The notes: generated from the sequence alone by a model not told the origin. Numbered from the stretch's first letter, positions 34,460 through 45,376 are shown. The stretch is 62,896 nucleotides of DNA from an uncultured virus (IMG/VR IMGVR_UViG_3300025411_000009) (IMGVR_UViG_3300025411_000009); one strand, 5' to 3'. A program made the numbers and translations.

Positions 34460-34837
34460 TTAATGTATTACCTTATCTCCATATGATATATCTTCAAAAG
34501 CATCCATAACATCACTATAATCGTCTTTAGACAATTCTTCAATGACGGACTTAGCACGGAGAAGTTCAGCAATTTTAGATACCGTATTTTCATAATATTC
34601 AGAAAATTCCAAAGAAGGTTCTATTTCACAGAGAATATTATTATTTGCCACGGAGATTGTATTCTTTTTAATGATTTGAACCGGCAAATAATGTTGCATA
34701 ACCAAACCAGCACGTGGACCAGAATGGTCAATATCAACGACCATTGGGTCTTTTAAATTATATCCATTTAAATCAATGCAAACATTGGCTACAACATCTA
34801 AACCAGATTGTAGTCTTAATATTTTAATTTGATTCAT
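34460..34837 (-). CDS. Conserved hypothetical protein between uvsW and 55
   Basis: IKILRLQSGLDVV N-terminus, resembling 11950..12261. Confidence 0.6.
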   Translation of the reverse strand: MNQIKILRLQSGLDVVANVCIDLNGYNLKDPMVVDIDHSGPRAGLVMQHYLPVQIIKKNTISVANNNILCEIEPSLEFSEYYENTVSKIAELLRAKSVIEELSKDDYSDVMDAFEDISYGDKVIH

Positions 34838-36338
34838 TCTTTAAACCTATTTTATAAATTTTAAAAGGAAATTTCTCTTCTGTATATATTTTTACTCTTT
34901 CAACAAAATGTTTGAGAGTAAAGTTCATATGTTTGCCTACTCGTAAGTCATCAGCAATATCATATAGTGTTGCTATTTCTTTGCCTTCCGCTTGGCGTAA
35001 TCCTCGACCAATCGATTGTAAGTTTCGTATGCGACTTTTGGAAGGAGAAGCAAAAATAATATTGTGAAGATTGCGTATGTTAATGCCAGTAGAAAAAGTG
35101 CCAAAAGATGCAACAACAATGGCATTAGATTCTGATTCCATAATTTTTCTAATATTTTCTCGGTCATCTGTGTCAGTTCCTCCATGAACAAAAAATACTT
35201 TTCTATCACCAATCTTTTTCGTATCTTTAATCATATTATACAATATTTTGCCGTGTTTGTCAACCATTTGGAATAAAACTAATGTGTTTGTATTCAAAGA
35301 CACAGCAAGGTTCTTGATGAATTTGTTTCTTGCTTCAGATGAGATTAAATATTCTAATTCATTCTGATAAGTGGCAGCATTCTTGATTAATTTACAAATA
35401 GCTTCATCATGCTTTAATACTAAACATTTAATTTGAAATTCTGCTAGTTGCTTGTTGTCAATAAGTTTTTTGGTAGTAGTGACTTGTTTAACAGGACCAA
35501 ATAAACCTTCTAATACTAGTTTATGTGTTTTTGTACCATCTAAAGTTCCTGTAAGTCCTACTCGGTATTTGGTATTGATACAAGAAGTTAATATTGTGGT
35601 GAGAGATTGTGCTTTAAATAAGTGTGCTTCATCACCAATAATGTAATCATATTGATGAAAGAATTCTTTAGGCATTTTATAAAGAGATTGCCATGTAGAT
35701 ATTGTTAATGGCATATCAACATCTTTATCTTTGCCTTGATAGATACGGTGAACATTTTCACCTACAATAAATCCATTTTCAGATGAGTAGTCGGTAAAGT
35801 CAGAATATAATTGTTCAACAAGAGATGTGGTTGGAACAATAATAAGACCTTTGAGATTTTGATAATCTAAAAGTTGTCTGAATAAAAGATAGATGATAAG
35901 AGATTTACCAGAAGCAGTTGGTGATACCAATAACGCTCTACGCTTTTGCATTGATTGACAGAAAGCATCCAATTGATGTTCTCTTATTTCAATCTTTTGT
36001 CCTCTTGAATGTAGGTTTAATTCTTCAGCAAATTTCTTTGCATGATACAATGAAAATTCATCTTCAACATCAGGTCTGGTATCATCATATTCAAATGTAT
36101 AACCTCGTGATGCACAAAACTCTTCAATATAATAAAGCAAACCAAGATATAGTGTGTATGATTGTAGATTGAAAATCCTTATCTTTCCATCCCAAATTCG
36201 ATTACGGTAAGCAGGAACAAATTGATAACCAGGAACAAAGAATGTGAAAAACTCCGATAACTCTTGAGCTAAATGTTTCTCACAAGTTATCTTAGCATAT
36301 ACTTCATCTTTTTTAGATATTATTAAATCACTCATCAA
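34824..36338 (-). CDS. uvsW: SF2 helicase UvsW
   Basis: SPTASGKS, DEAH, GLTGT, QSIGRGLR. Confidence 0.96.
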   Translation of the reverse strand: MMSDLIISKKDEVYAKITCEKHLAQELSEFFTFFVPGYQFVPAYRNRIWDGKIRIFNLQSYTLYLGLLYYIEEFCASRGYTFEYDDTRPDVEDEFSLYHAKKFAEELNLHSRGQKIEIREHQLDAFCQSMQKRRALLVSPTASGKSLIIYLLFRQLLDYQNLKGLIIVPTTSLVEQLYSDFTDYSSENGFIVGENVHRIYQGKDKDVDMPLTISTWQSLYKMPKEFFHQYDYIIGDEAHLFKAQSLTTILTSCINTKYRVGLTGTLDGTKTHKLVLEGLFGPVKQVTTTKKLIDNKQLAEFQIKCLVLKHDEAICKLIKNAATYQNELEYLISSEARNKFIKNLAVSLNTNTLVLFQMVDKHGKILYNMIKDTKKIGDRKVFFVHGGTDTDDRENIRKIMESESNAIVVASFGTFSTGINIRNLHNIIFASPSKSRIRNLQSIGRGLRQAEGKEIATLYDIADDLRVGKHMNFTLKHFVERVKIYTEEKFPFKIYKIGLKNESN

Positions 36339-36804
36339 CTTCTATCCAAGTGTAATCACCTAACCATTTGACTTGACATATGTATTCGTAACTTTCTGGT
36401 TTACCAGATGTCCAATCATCAGGTCCTTGAATACACAATCTTGTTTTTTGAATTTTAGAATCAAACAATAACCAATAAGTTTGTCCGTGAGATATTTGGA
36501 ATTCATAAACTGCACCATGAACCATATCGGTAACATCTAATCTTTGTTTAATTTCTAATGCTTGTTGTTGTAATATTTTAACCACGCTCATAATTCTATC
36601 ATACTCTTGACGAGCATGCATACGAGCAACATTAACCATTACATCTTTTTGTTTCTCAATTGGTATTAAATCAAACTTTGGACTACCAACTTCTGTTGGA
36701 TAAGGTGAAATATTTTTATTAAAAAAGGCCACGAGGCTATTAGATACATTAGCATCATAACTATTTCTACCTTTAGCAATATTAGATTTATTGGCCACCA
36801 ACAA
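36328..36804 (-). CDS. Hypothetical protein (DUF2452-like)
   Basis: PYPTEVGSPKF; coiled coil; GQTYWL. Confidence 0.5.
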   Translation of the reverse strand: MLVANKSNIAKGRNSYDANVSNSLVAFFNKNISPYPTEVGSPKFDLIPIEKQKDVMVNVARMHARQEYDRIMSVVKILQQQALEIKQRLDVTDMVHGAVYEFQISHGQTYWLLFDSKIQKTRLCIQGPDDWTSGKPESYEYICQVKWLGDYTWIEVDE

Positions 36805-37222
36805 ACTTTTCCCAAGAAATATAATCTCTTAACTGCCATGTTCTTTGTTTCAATTCATTCATAATAGATTCTATAACTGAAACACATTCTTCATGATATA
36901 CTTTCTTTTCAAGAAGTTTAATTAAATCAGTATCAGATTCTAGGTATGTAGACACATCAGATTTGAGTGTGAATTTAAATGGTTCCCATCCACGCTCTTC
37001 TAATTCTTCTTGTGATGTTTTACCTGTATAGTATTCCCATTTCAGTTTACGCATACGCAAGTAATCAAAGTTTGCCTTTTTAGATGCAATACGGTGTTTA
37101 GTGAGAATAGAAAGATATTTGTTGTGAAGAATAGGTATCTTGATGAGTTCTTTACCAGGTTCTGTCTGGTCAATCTCTGCATCTTTTTCCCATAATTTTA
37201 AGACTTGTTCTAAATTTTCCAT
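36788..37222 (-). CDS. uvsY: Recombination mediator UvsY
   Basis: IPILHNKY, KWEYYTGK; upstream TTGACA-17-TACCAT promoter at 37248..37276. Confidence 0.9.
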   Translation of the reverse strand: MENLEQVLKLWEKDAEIDQTEPGKELIKIPILHNKYLSILTKHRIASKKANFDYLRMRKLKWEYYTGKTSQEELEERGWEPFKFTLKSDVSTYLESDTDLIKLLEKKVYHEECVSVIESIMNELKQRTWQLRDYISWEKFVGGQ

Positions 37223-37279
37223 AATATAAATCCATTATTAAAATAATATGGTACTACAACCAATGTTATTTGTCAAGCG

Positions 37280-37819
37280 TTAAGCAGGAATAAAATTGAA
37301 ATAATCGAAGTTAAAAACAGCATCAGCGGTAAGTATGGTATCTGCTGATTGTGTGGTATCAAAGTTGATATCAGAAAGTGTTATAGGAAACACATTAAGA
37401 AATTGAACACGAAATAGTGGATTATTTAATGCTGAGTATACCGTAAGCATAGCATCTGAATAATTCACTACGTTTGGATTTGTTGAAGACTTGAATTGAT
37501 TTTGTAAACCTGTTAGTCTTTTTCTTTCATCAAATCCTTCTGGTGAAGCTATTGAACGAAACCATGAATGTAATTGTTGCCATGCATCCATCTTTTCATC
37601 AACATTAAATCTGATAGAAAATGGATTATATGTCATTTTATTACCAGGTGAATTGATATCTAGAAAAGGAGTTTGTCTAGATGCTTGACCTAAATTTACA
37701 CCAGGTATATTAACTTGTTGTAAGAAGAATTGAGTTGAACCAATCCTATCAAACGTAAGTATAAACTTACTGGCTTGTAAGTAATTGGTATTTTGTGGGG
37801 TTCTTTTAGTAGCTGCCAT
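37280..37819 (-). CDS. Tail completion / tube terminator gp3-like
   Basis: NYLQASKF..QQVNIPG...FNVDE...FPITLS; ACTAAATA late box at 37825..37832. Confidence 0.8.
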   Translation of the reverse strand: MAATKRTPQNTNYLQASKFILTFDRIGSTQFFLQQVNIPGVNLGQASRQTPFLDINSPGNKMTYNPFSIRFNVDEKMDAWQQLHSWFRSIASPEGFDERKRLTGLQNQFKSSTNPNVVNYSDAMLTVYSALNNPLFRVQFLNVFPITLSDINFDTTQSADTILTADAVFNFDYFNFIPA

Positions 37820-37836
37820 ACTCTTATTTAGTCACC

Positions 37837-37866
37837 AAAAAAAAGACCACCCGAAGGTGGTCTTTT
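37837..37866 (-). terminator. Terminator after the major capsid gene
   Basis: AAAAGACCACC-UUCG-GGTGGTCTTTTTTTT. Confidence 0.9.
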
Positions 37867-37892
37867 AGGATTACAACTAAACTTAACTAATA

Positions 37893-39221
37893 TTACATTA
37901 AGTTTTTAACGCCAAATAGTCTGTAGTAGACATTTGAACGAGCGTTTAATTGACCATTGCCTTGTGTTAAACCTTGTGCAAATGGGTTTGCTACCATGCC
38001 GTAACGAGTTTTAAATCCAATTTTTGGTTGGAATGTAAATTGGTCAACAGCACGAACCATTTGGAGAGGAACGTATGGGCAATAGAAGAGACCTGCGTCA
38101 TATGGTGATGAACCTTTGTAACCAATTGTTACTAATTCTTGGTTAGCAGTATAACCACCAAAGTATGGATCGATATACACTTTGATGCGGCCATGTAATA
38201 GACCAGCAAATGTATTACCTGTATCATCTACTTGTAAGTCAGATTGTAAAGCTGGTGTGTATGAAAGAACGCCTGCCATTGCCATTGCTGAAGCAACGTC
38301 AGAAGAAACAATCAATACATTACCTTTACCTCTACGAGTTTGTTTTGCGATTACGTTAGCATCTCTTTCGATTTGGAAAATTAAACCTTTAAAGCGTTCA
38401 ACAGACCAACGACCATTTGAGTCAGTATCAAGGTCGAAGTAACCAGCAGTTGTTGTACCGTATTGTGCACCTGCTACAGCAGTTGTGTAGATGGTACGAA
38501 TAACTTCACGGTTAATTTCTGCAAGAATTTCTGTAGAAAGAATGTTTGATAATTCTGTTTCAGCGTCAAGACCATGAATTGCTTTTAAGTCTTGTGCTAA
38601 TTCTAGAGAGTATTCAGCTTTAAGAGCACGTGATTGAGCAGTTACAGTAACTTTCTCAATTGAGAATGCCATTTGTTGGAATGCAGCATTGTTATCAGCA
38701 CCTAATAATTCAGCTTGCGCTGTTGGGATACCAATACCAGATGTTGTAGCACCTGATGTTACGTTTTGGAAAGTATTTGCAATATCAGTTGCTAATGTAC
38801 CTTGGAAACCGTAAGGGTTAGCAGCAGATGTGTTACCTGAAAATACTGTATTAGCCTCATTGTAGAATGCTTCTGCATTTGTATTTGCTTGACCAGTATA
38901 ACGAGCTCTCATTGCGAAGATTAAGCCTGTTGGGCCAGTCATTGGTTGAACACCAGCAACATCGTAAGCAATAAGGTTAGGTAAAGAACGGCGAACCAAG
39001 CTGATTAAGATTGGGTCAAAGTTTTGAACACCACCAGCAACGTTGGTTGGACCAGAGTCAGCTAATTCGTTCAATTGCATTGCGTCTTGACGCATTGCTT
39101 GTTGTTGATTTTCCAATACAAGAGCAGTAACTGCTTTCTTGTATGGGTCTTTAATGGCTTCTAGTTCTGGATGTTCTAGAACTGGCTCCCATTTTTTTTG
39201 TAATTCTTCTGTTAAATACAT
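37893..39221 (-). CDS. 23: Major capsid protein gp23
   Basis: GVQPMTGPTGLIFAMR, SRALKAEYSLELAQDLKAIHGLDAE, FQPKIGFKTRYG. Confidence 0.98.
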   Translation of the reverse strand: MYLTEELQKKWEPVLEHPELEAIKDPYKKAVTALVLENQQQAMRQDAMQLNELADSGPTNVAGGVQNFDPILISLVRRSLPNLIAYDVAGVQPMTGPTGLIFAMRARYTGQANTNAEAFYNEANTVFSGNTSAANPYGFQGTLATDIANTFQNVTSGATTSGIGIPTAQAELLGADNNAAFQQMAFSIEKVTVTAQSRALKAEYSLELAQDLKAIHGLDAETELSNILSTEILAEINREVIRTIYTTAVAGAQYGTTTAGYFDLDTDSNGRWSVERFKGLIFQIERDANVIAKQTRRGKGNVLIVSSDVASAMAMAGVLSYTPALQSDLQVDDTGNTFAGLLHGRIKVYIDPYFGGYTANQELVTIGYKGSSPYDAGLFYCPYVPLQMVRAVDQFTFQPKIGFKTRYGMVANPFAQGLTQGNGQLNARSNVYYRLFGVKNLM

Positions 39222-39248
39222 TTTGTTTTCCCTTCGTTAGTATTGGTA

Positions 39249-40487
39249 TTATTTTACCAATGTTTGTGAAATTGTTTTTGCATATTGTTCAATTGAAGGA
39301 TCATAAGATGCCGTTTTAGCTGGCTTCTTTTCTTCTTCAATAATTACTTCTTCGTCTAAAGCAGAGTTATCTGCAACTTTAATATCAGACTTGAAATATG
39401 ATTCTTTCAATGTGTCTAATTTAGATGCAAAATCTTCTTCAGTAGTAAATTCCACACCTTCTGCAAGTGATTTTAATTTTTCTACTTGAGTCTGCGTTAA
39501 GCCTTCACACGCTGTGTAGATAGCTTCAACCTTTTTTTGTTCATTTAATTCTTTTGTTAATTCGACACCACGTTTGATTTCTTCATTGAGAGCGTCTTCT
39601 GCTTCTTCTAACTTAGCAGCTAACTCTTCAACCACATCAACCTTGTCTGTAGGAATGTCAATATAGTGTTTAACAAAAACATCTCTTAATTCTGTAATAA
39701 AATCTTCAACGATTTCAGCACGTAAGCCTTTTTCAATTGCGATTTCATTCTCTTTGATCCATTCTTCTACCATATAGTTGAGGTAATCATCAACTTTTTG
39801 TGCCAAATCTTCTTTAATTTCTTCAACAGCAACTTCAAATTGTTCTGTTAAATTAGCTTCAACTTCAGCAGCAACTGCTTCTACACGAGAAAGAACTGCA
39901 GCTTCAAAAATTGTTGTTGCTTTTTCTTTAAATTCTTCTGAAAGATTTTCACCTTGCATTAATGCTTCGATATCTTCATTGTAACCATATGATTGTGTAC
40001 CAGCAGTGTGTGTACCATCATAATGTTGGAATGTAGCGCTGTGGTTAGCACCAAAAGTATTTGATGGTAATTTAGCAGCAATACGGTCACGAATGTTTTC
40101 GTATGATGTAGCATCAAATTTTGTAGGTTCAGCAACATCAGAACGACCCATTGAATCTTGTGGACCTGTTGCTTTAGTAATACCTACGCCATCTTTTTCT
40201 GAACCAACAGGTGGTGTTGCGCCTGGTGGAGTTGCTGTTGGTGTACCTTTTGTGTAATTAGGTAAAGCATCTGTTAATGCTCTTTCTGGTGATTGGCCAA
40301 TTTCGCCAGCATCGTTAGTACCATATGCTGTTTTTGAATCTACACGGTCTGAACCAACTTCACCGTCTGGGTGTTTATCTGAACCACGTTGTGCCATTTT
40401 AGATTTAACGATAGAATCTAATGTTTCTTTAGATCCTTCATTAACTAAAATTTGCTTAGCGGCGTCTGATAGATTGTATTTTGCCAT
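39249..40487 (-). CDS. 22: Prohead core scaffold gp22 with a long N-terminal extension
   Basis: LSEEFKEKATTIFEAAV, VDDYLNY..EEW; TATAAATA at 40517..40524. Confidence 0.9.
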   Translation of the reverse strand: MAKYNLSDAAKQILVNEGSKETLDSIVKSKMAQRGSDKHPDGEVGSDRVDSKTAYGTNDAGEIGQSPERALTDALPNYTKGTPTATPPGATPPVGSEKDGVGITKATGPQDSMGRSDVAEPTKFDATSYENIRDRIAAKLPSNTFGANHSATFQHYDGTHTAGTQSYGYNEDIEALMQGENLSEEFKEKATTIFEAAVLSRVEAVAAEVEANLTEQFEVAVEEIKEDLAQKVDDYLNYMVEEWIKENEIAIEKGLRAEIVEDFITELRDVFVKHYIDIPTDKVDVVEELAAKLEEAEDALNEEIKRGVELTKELNEQKKVEAIYTACEGLTQTQVEKLKSLAEGVEFTTEEDFASKLDTLKESYFKSDIKVADNSALDEEVIIEEEKKPAKTASYDPSIEQYAKTISQTLVK

Positions 40488-40525
40488 TTTAAAAATCTCC
40501 TTGATTTATATATTGGTATTTATAA

Positions 40526-41170
40526 TTAAAGTTTTTTCATGAAGTTTTCAAATATGCGTAGACTTACTGCCTCGATATCCTGTCTTGAAGCTTGTTTTAT
40601 TTCTTTGATTGCTTCTTGATGGTCGAATTCTGTCCATACGCCATTGACTAACATCCATTCTTTGCCTTCCATAATACCTTGAACAAAAGCTCCAGGTGCG
40701 GAAGGGTCTGCTACAATATCTGCCGCTGTGGCTAGATAAAAATCGGGTTGAACGACATTTACGCCATTCACATTTTTCAATGAACCCATGCCTCGTGAAG
40801 ATACTCCTAACTGTGCACCACCTTCAATAAGAGAGCGAGCAATATTACCCATAGGTGTATCTAAAATTTTTGCTTTACCAATCCATTGAGTACCATCTTC
40901 TCTCAAACCCACAATCATATGAGATACTCGGTCTAAATTAATTGTCGGTGTATCAGGATGACCTAATTCACCAAAAGCACGATGTTTATTAATATATTCT
41001 TCTGTATAACGATGAACTTCTTTTTTCATCGTGTTGAATTCATATAAACGGCCATTACGGTTCTTTTTCTCGGACACCAAGAAAGGACCTTCGATAAACA
41101 ATTCTTTTTTGCCGTTTTTGTCTTCAGTAAGATAACTTACCGTTTCTGTAATTTCTTTAATCAGTTTCAC
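40526..41170 (-). CDS. 21: Prohead protease gp21
   Basis: NRNGRLY, GELGHP, GVSSRGMGS, DIVADPSAP. Confidence 0.96.
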   Translation of the reverse strand: MKLIKEITETVSYLTEDKNGKKELFIEGPFLVSEKKNRNGRLYEFNTMKKEVHRYTEEYINKHRAFGELGHPDTPTINLDRVSHMIVGLREDGTQWIGKAKILDTPMGNIARSLIEGGAQLGVSSRGMGSLKNVNGVNVVQPDFYLATAADIVADPSAPGAFVQGIMEGKEWMLVNGVWTEFDHQEAIKEIKQASRQDIEAVSLRIFENFMKKL

Positions 41171-41182
41171 CTGATTTCTCCT

Positions 41183-41626
41183 TTATAGACCTAATGAACG
41201 TCTTTTTCGTAAAGACATTCTTCTTTTTCTTAACGTCTGTGACAATTTAGCACGACGTTTATACTTAGCACGTCTAGCCGCCATTTTACGATGGCGTCTT
41301 TCCATAGCAGACATTCTTACTAATCTGCCGCCACGAATAGTATAACCTTTAACTGCCGATAATTTCTTACGGCGTTGTATCTTACCTTTACGGACACGAA
41401 CTCTAACTATTTTTGTTCGACCTTGTTTGGTAACATTTCTTATTGCTTCATCTAATTCTTCATCAGCAAAATCTACCTCTAAATCTACTTCTTCATACAT
41501 CTCAGCAGTAAGACGAAGTTTAATCTGGTCAATTTTTTCTTTGACCAGATTTTTAATCGTTTCGTCTAATATCTTTCTTGCCTCTAAGGCATTATTAGAT
41601 ATTGCCTTATTAATAAACTCCTTCAT
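41183..41626 (-). CDS. Prohead core protein gp68-like
   Basis: Arg/Lys-rich C-terminus ending RKRRSLGL; upstream of 21. Confidence 0.65.
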   Translation of the reverse strand: MKEFINKAISNNALEARKILDETIKNLVKEKIDQIKLRLTAEMYEEVDLEVDFADEELDEAIRNVTKQGRTKIVRVRVRKGKIQRRKKLSAVKGYTIRGGRLVRMSAMERRHRKMAARRAKYKRRAKLSQTLRKRRMSLRKRRSLGL

Positions 41627-42225
41627 TATGGGTTAGGAGTGAGATTATAAGGAGTAAAGTTAAATGCAGCAGGATCATTAAATTGACCTCTTTGATACAT
41701 AGCATTATTTTTGCGTAAAGAAAGAATCAATGTGTAAGCAGAGTTAGCTGCAACACCTTGTGTAGCAATACCAATATCACCAAGTGCTGTATTAGCAGCT
41801 GTGATAGATACGTTATTTAGCAAGTTTGGTGCATTATTAGGAATAGCAGGTAATTGTGAACCAGCTATGTTACCATAATCACCTTGTTGGTTAAGATGGA
41901 AAATAGTTGATGAATTTGCATATGCAGCAGCTACCGTAGCACCGTAACCAGACCAAAATATTTCTACTGCACCAGAACCTTGTGTCATGTTTACGAAGTA
42001 ACTAACACCAGTTAATTGTAAATCGTAATATGGTTTTGCAGTATTACTTGAACTTAAAGATGTTCTTAAAGGAACATTATTTGCATCTAAAGCACCGTAA
42101 AGTGAATTAGCAGAAATACGAGAAACATTTAATTCGTTAGATGTACCGTCAAATGTACCTGTAATCTTGATGATAGCATCTGATGTAGAATCTCGTAAGG
42201 TTTGAATTGTATACTTATTTGCCAT
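41626..42225 (-). CDS. Hypothetical virion protein
   Basis: Beta-rich ORF inside the head gene cluster. Confidence 0.5.
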   Translation of the reverse strand: MANKYTIQTLRDSTSDAIIKITGTFDGTSNELNVSRISANSLYGALDANNVPLRTSLSSSNTAKPYYDLQLTGVSYFVNMTQGSGAVEIFWSGYGATVAAAYANSSTIFHLNQQGDYGNIAGSQLPAIPNNAPNLLNNVSITAANTALGDIGIATQGVAANSAYTLILSLRKNNAMYQRGQFNDPAAFNFTPYNLTPNP

Positions 42226-42234
42226 TTTTTATCC

Positions 42235-42780
42235 CTATTTTAAATGTTTCCAGGCAAAGTCTACGACCTTACCAAAGTGTTGTTTACTTTTACGTGCCAT
42301 ATCTGATACTTTTTTCTTGTTTTCATCATTTAAAGCGCCATGAACTTTCAATACAGCATTAGCTGTTTGAGCGTCAATTTTCATTGTTTTACCATCGGCA
42401 AATTTATATGATTTTGCAGTATGGCCATCAACAATACCTTTTAAATGATGAATAATATCTTCTTCGATATATTCACCAGAATACTCTGCCTCTTCATTTG
42501 CACCTGCATTTGTCCATTGCATAGCAGTATAAGGCACGGTTACATATTTATTAATCTTATCAACGTAATACATCGCTACTCGTTGATTATTAGGAAACTG
42601 TCTAATCCACTTTCTACGCATTACTAGAACGGCAGGAGGATCCATTGGATGATGAGAATTTTGTTTGCCATCATCTTCATATAATGGTTCGTCAGTTGCC
42701 TCTAATTCTTCAGGCAATACAACATCTTCAACCACTTCTGGTCGAGTTTGTTCTGCTAAGAATTCTTTAAGATTCTTCAA
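42235..42780 (-). CDS. Putative internal head protein
   Basis: N-terminus MKNLKEFLAE resembles the T4 capsid-targeting sequence. Confidence 0.55.
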   Translation of the reverse strand: MKNLKEFLAEQTRPEVVEDVVLPEELEATDEPLYEDDGKQNSHHPMDPPAVLVMRRKWIRQFPNNQRVAMYYVDKINKYVTVPYTAMQWTNAGANEEAEYSGEYIEEDIIHHLKGIVDGHTAKSYKFADGKTMKIDAQTANAVLKVHGALNDENKKKVSDMARKSKQHFGKVVDFAWKHLK

Positions 42781-42976
42781 CAGGAGTTTCCTCTTCTTGT
42801 TCTACGTCTTCAACATCTACATCATTTGATTGCGCAATTAAATTTTGAGCAATTTCTTGTTTTTTTGCTTCAATGTGTGCAGAAACTTTGTCGTGAATAG
42901 AAGCATATAATGCATTTCTAAACTCTACACCATTTTCGTCCATTGCGTAATCAATTATGTTTCTTGTATCGTCCAT
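42767..42976 (-). CDS. Prohead core protein gp67-like
   Basis: Small acidic protein after the portal gene; TATAAATA at 43008..43015. Confidence 0.55.
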   Translation of the reverse strand: MDDTRNIIDYAMDENGVEFRNALYASIHDKVSAHIEAKKQEIAQNLIAQSNDVDVEDVEQEEETPVEES

Positions 42977-43010
42977 GTTATTGTCTCCAAAAAATTAAAC
43001 CTTATTCTAT

Positions 43011-44639
43011 TTATAAAATCTTTTTTAACTTGTGTATTGTAAGTTGTTCATTGGTTGAATCATCATCTGCTTCACCAGCATCTGGTAATTGATTCAACAT
43101 TGATTGTTGTGCTACCTGACTTGTAACACCAACAGGCAATCCAAGACCCAACTCTTTTTCTTCATCCATTTCTTTTGTCATCTCTTTAATCTCATCATCA
43201 GTCATGCGTAATACATTTCTTTGAATCCACGCTTGTGAGAAATAACGACCTGTATATGGATCAACATTAGAAAGTAATGATAATCTTTCTCTTACCAATT
43301 CAGCATCTTTTAATTCAGAGAAGTTGTTGTCTTTAATGAAGTCATAAAAGATATGTTCTTTAAATTCTGTCCATTCATCATTGGTACAAATACCTTTAAG
43401 AACACATTGAACTCTTAATGCTTGGTCGAATAAGTCAGCAAACTTATTTCTTAATCTATCAACAAATTTAGCAAACTTCAATTCGTCACGAGTAACTTCT
43501 GATGTTCTACCTAAAGAGAAACCAGATTGATTTGGGTCTAATCGTGAGATAGGAACATTAAGTGCTTTGTATAATTTCTTTTCAAAGTATTTTACATCTT
43601 CTAATTCACCAAGATTTTGACCACCTGGTAATGTAGCAATCTCTGTGCCTTTGCCACCTTCTCTACGAGGTAACCAAAAGTCTTCCATCATTGAAAGGAA
43701 CTTACGGTCATCTCTTACTTCACCTGTGTTAGCATCATAGACAAGTTTATTTTTATACTTGACCATAATGTCACGGAGGTATTGTTCTGCTTTTAATTTT
43801 GGTAAATTACCAACGTCAATATAGAATATACGTCTTTCAGGTGCTCTTGAGATACGGTAAATAACAGTAGCGTCTTCAATCATTCTTAATTGATTGAGTG
43901 GTTTGATAGCTTTATGTAAGTATGATAATACCACTGCTCTACGAGAGTCCATTAGACCAGAAACAACTGATATAATAGAATCTGTTGTAATACGAACACC
44001 AACTGGTCCAAAATTAGAGGAAGAGCCAGATGTTACTTTATCATTAAAGATGTAATATTCATTGACCACGTTCATTACATCAACGCCTGTGCGTTCATCT
44101 TTTTTCTTTTTGATTTCTCTTACTTTACGAATTTTTCGTGGATCAATATATCTTAATTCTTTGATACCAGCAATAGGGTTTTCTCTATCGATAATAATGT
44201 GGTAAAACATTCTACCATCAATATAATATCTACGGAAGATATCTTGTGCCATATTATTGTAGTTTAATAATCTAACGATTGTATTAAACTCTGCTTTAAT
44301 GGCATCTTTAATTTTTTCTGGTTGATTTAAAGCGTCTAAAACAATTTTGATATTCTTGCCATCATCATCTTGTGTGATAGCTTCGTTAATAACATCATCA
44401 ATGGCTGATTCAATTTCAGGCTGCATAGCCATTTCACGATATCGAGAGATTAACTCTACTTCATTCTTTGCTGTGCCGTCTAGGTCTACATATGTACCGT
44501 AATAAGCGGCTGAAGTAATCGTTAAGGCGCCATCGTCATTCGTCTGAGGCGTGAAGGATTGTTGGACTCTTTGTTCGTCTTCTGTTTTACCACGAGCTAT
44601 GGTAAAACCAAATAAACTGAATTTGCTATTGTTAGCCAT
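43011..44639 (-). CDS. 20: Portal protein gp20
   Basis: YLHKAIKPLNQLRMIEDA.VIYRISRAPERRIFYIDVGNLP, EDFWLPRREGGKGTEI. Confidence 0.98.
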   Translation of the reverse strand: MANNSKFSLFGFTIARGKTEDEQRVQQSFTPQTNDDGALTITSAAYYGTYVDLDGTAKNEVELISRYREMAMQPEIESAIDDVINEAITQDDDGKNIKIVLDALNQPEKIKDAIKAEFNTIVRLLNYNNMAQDIFRRYYIDGRMFYHIIIDRENPIAGIKELRYIDPRKIRKVREIKKKKDERTGVDVMNVVNEYYIFNDKVTSGSSSNFGPVGVRITTDSIISVVSGLMDSRRAVVLSYLHKAIKPLNQLRMIEDATVIYRISRAPERRIFYIDVGNLPKLKAEQYLRDIMVKYKNKLVYDANTGEVRDDRKFLSMMEDFWLPRREGGKGTEIATLPGGQNLGELEDVKYFEKKLYKALNVPISRLDPNQSGFSLGRTSEVTRDELKFAKFVDRLRNKFADLFDQALRVQCVLKGICTNDEWTEFKEHIFYDFIKDNNFSELKDAELVRERLSLLSNVDPYTGRYFSQAWIQRNVLRMTDDEIKEMTKEMDEEKELGLGLPVGVTSQVAQQSMLNQLPDAGEADDDSTNEQLTIHKLKKIL

Positions 44640-44800
44640 GTGTTGATTCACCTTTTACATTAAATAAAATATGGTTGATAGGTGTCATACCTATCATTGT
44701 AGATGAGTTGTGGTTTATATATGCTATTGTCATAGTATCTTCCTCAATTCAAAAAAACATAATGAGGAGAACCGAAGTTCTCCCCATATAATATATATCA

Positions 44801-45346
44801 TTAAGTTGTTGTTGGTACTGATGTCCAATATTGATATGCAAATGTTACTGAATACTCTTCAATAGCATCGTTTGAACCCCAATCTAAATCAATTGGAGCG
44901 ATATCAACAGGAAATAAACCTACAAATAAGTAATTTTTTAGAGTGTTACCTGTTTTACCGTATTGAGTAACAGCAGCATCGGTACTGTAACCTGCTGGAT
45001 TAAATGCAGCTGGGTTACGAAGGTTACCTTGATGACTATTGATACTATTCATCCAACTTTCTAAAGAATTACGAACAATGAAATCTTCATCATTGATAAC
45101 TTGTAATGTCCAATCCGTAAATGTTCTATTTCCAGCAAACTTTAATTCACGACCAAAGTAAAACAAAGGAACTGTACCAATAGTAGAACCAGGCAATTGT
45201 GCTGTTTTTGCCATAAAGGTTACTTTTTGTGATGCAGCTCCAGAGTTTGCAGCTATGAACGGAAAGCTCAAAGAAACTGAAAATAAATTAGGACGGGCAC
45301 CGTCACCAATCAACTGTGACCTAAATTCTGCTACGTTAAATGCCAT
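44801..45346 (-). CDS. 19: Tail tube protein gp19
   Basis: GARPNLF, AGNRTF.DW, INDEDF; followed by a UUCG hairpin at about 44766..44783. Confidence 0.93.
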   Translation of the reverse strand: MAFNVAEFRSQLIGDGARPNLFSVSLSFPFIAANSGAASQKVTFMAKTAQLPGSTIGTVPLFYFGRELKFAGNRTFTDWTLQVINDEDFIVRNSLESWMNSINSHQGNLRNPAAFNPAGYSTDAAVTQYGKTGNTLKNYLFVGLFPVDIAPIDLDWGSNDAIEEYSVTFAYQYWTSVPTTT

Positions 45347-45376
45347 TTTTTTCTCCTATATCTGTTGTATTATTTA

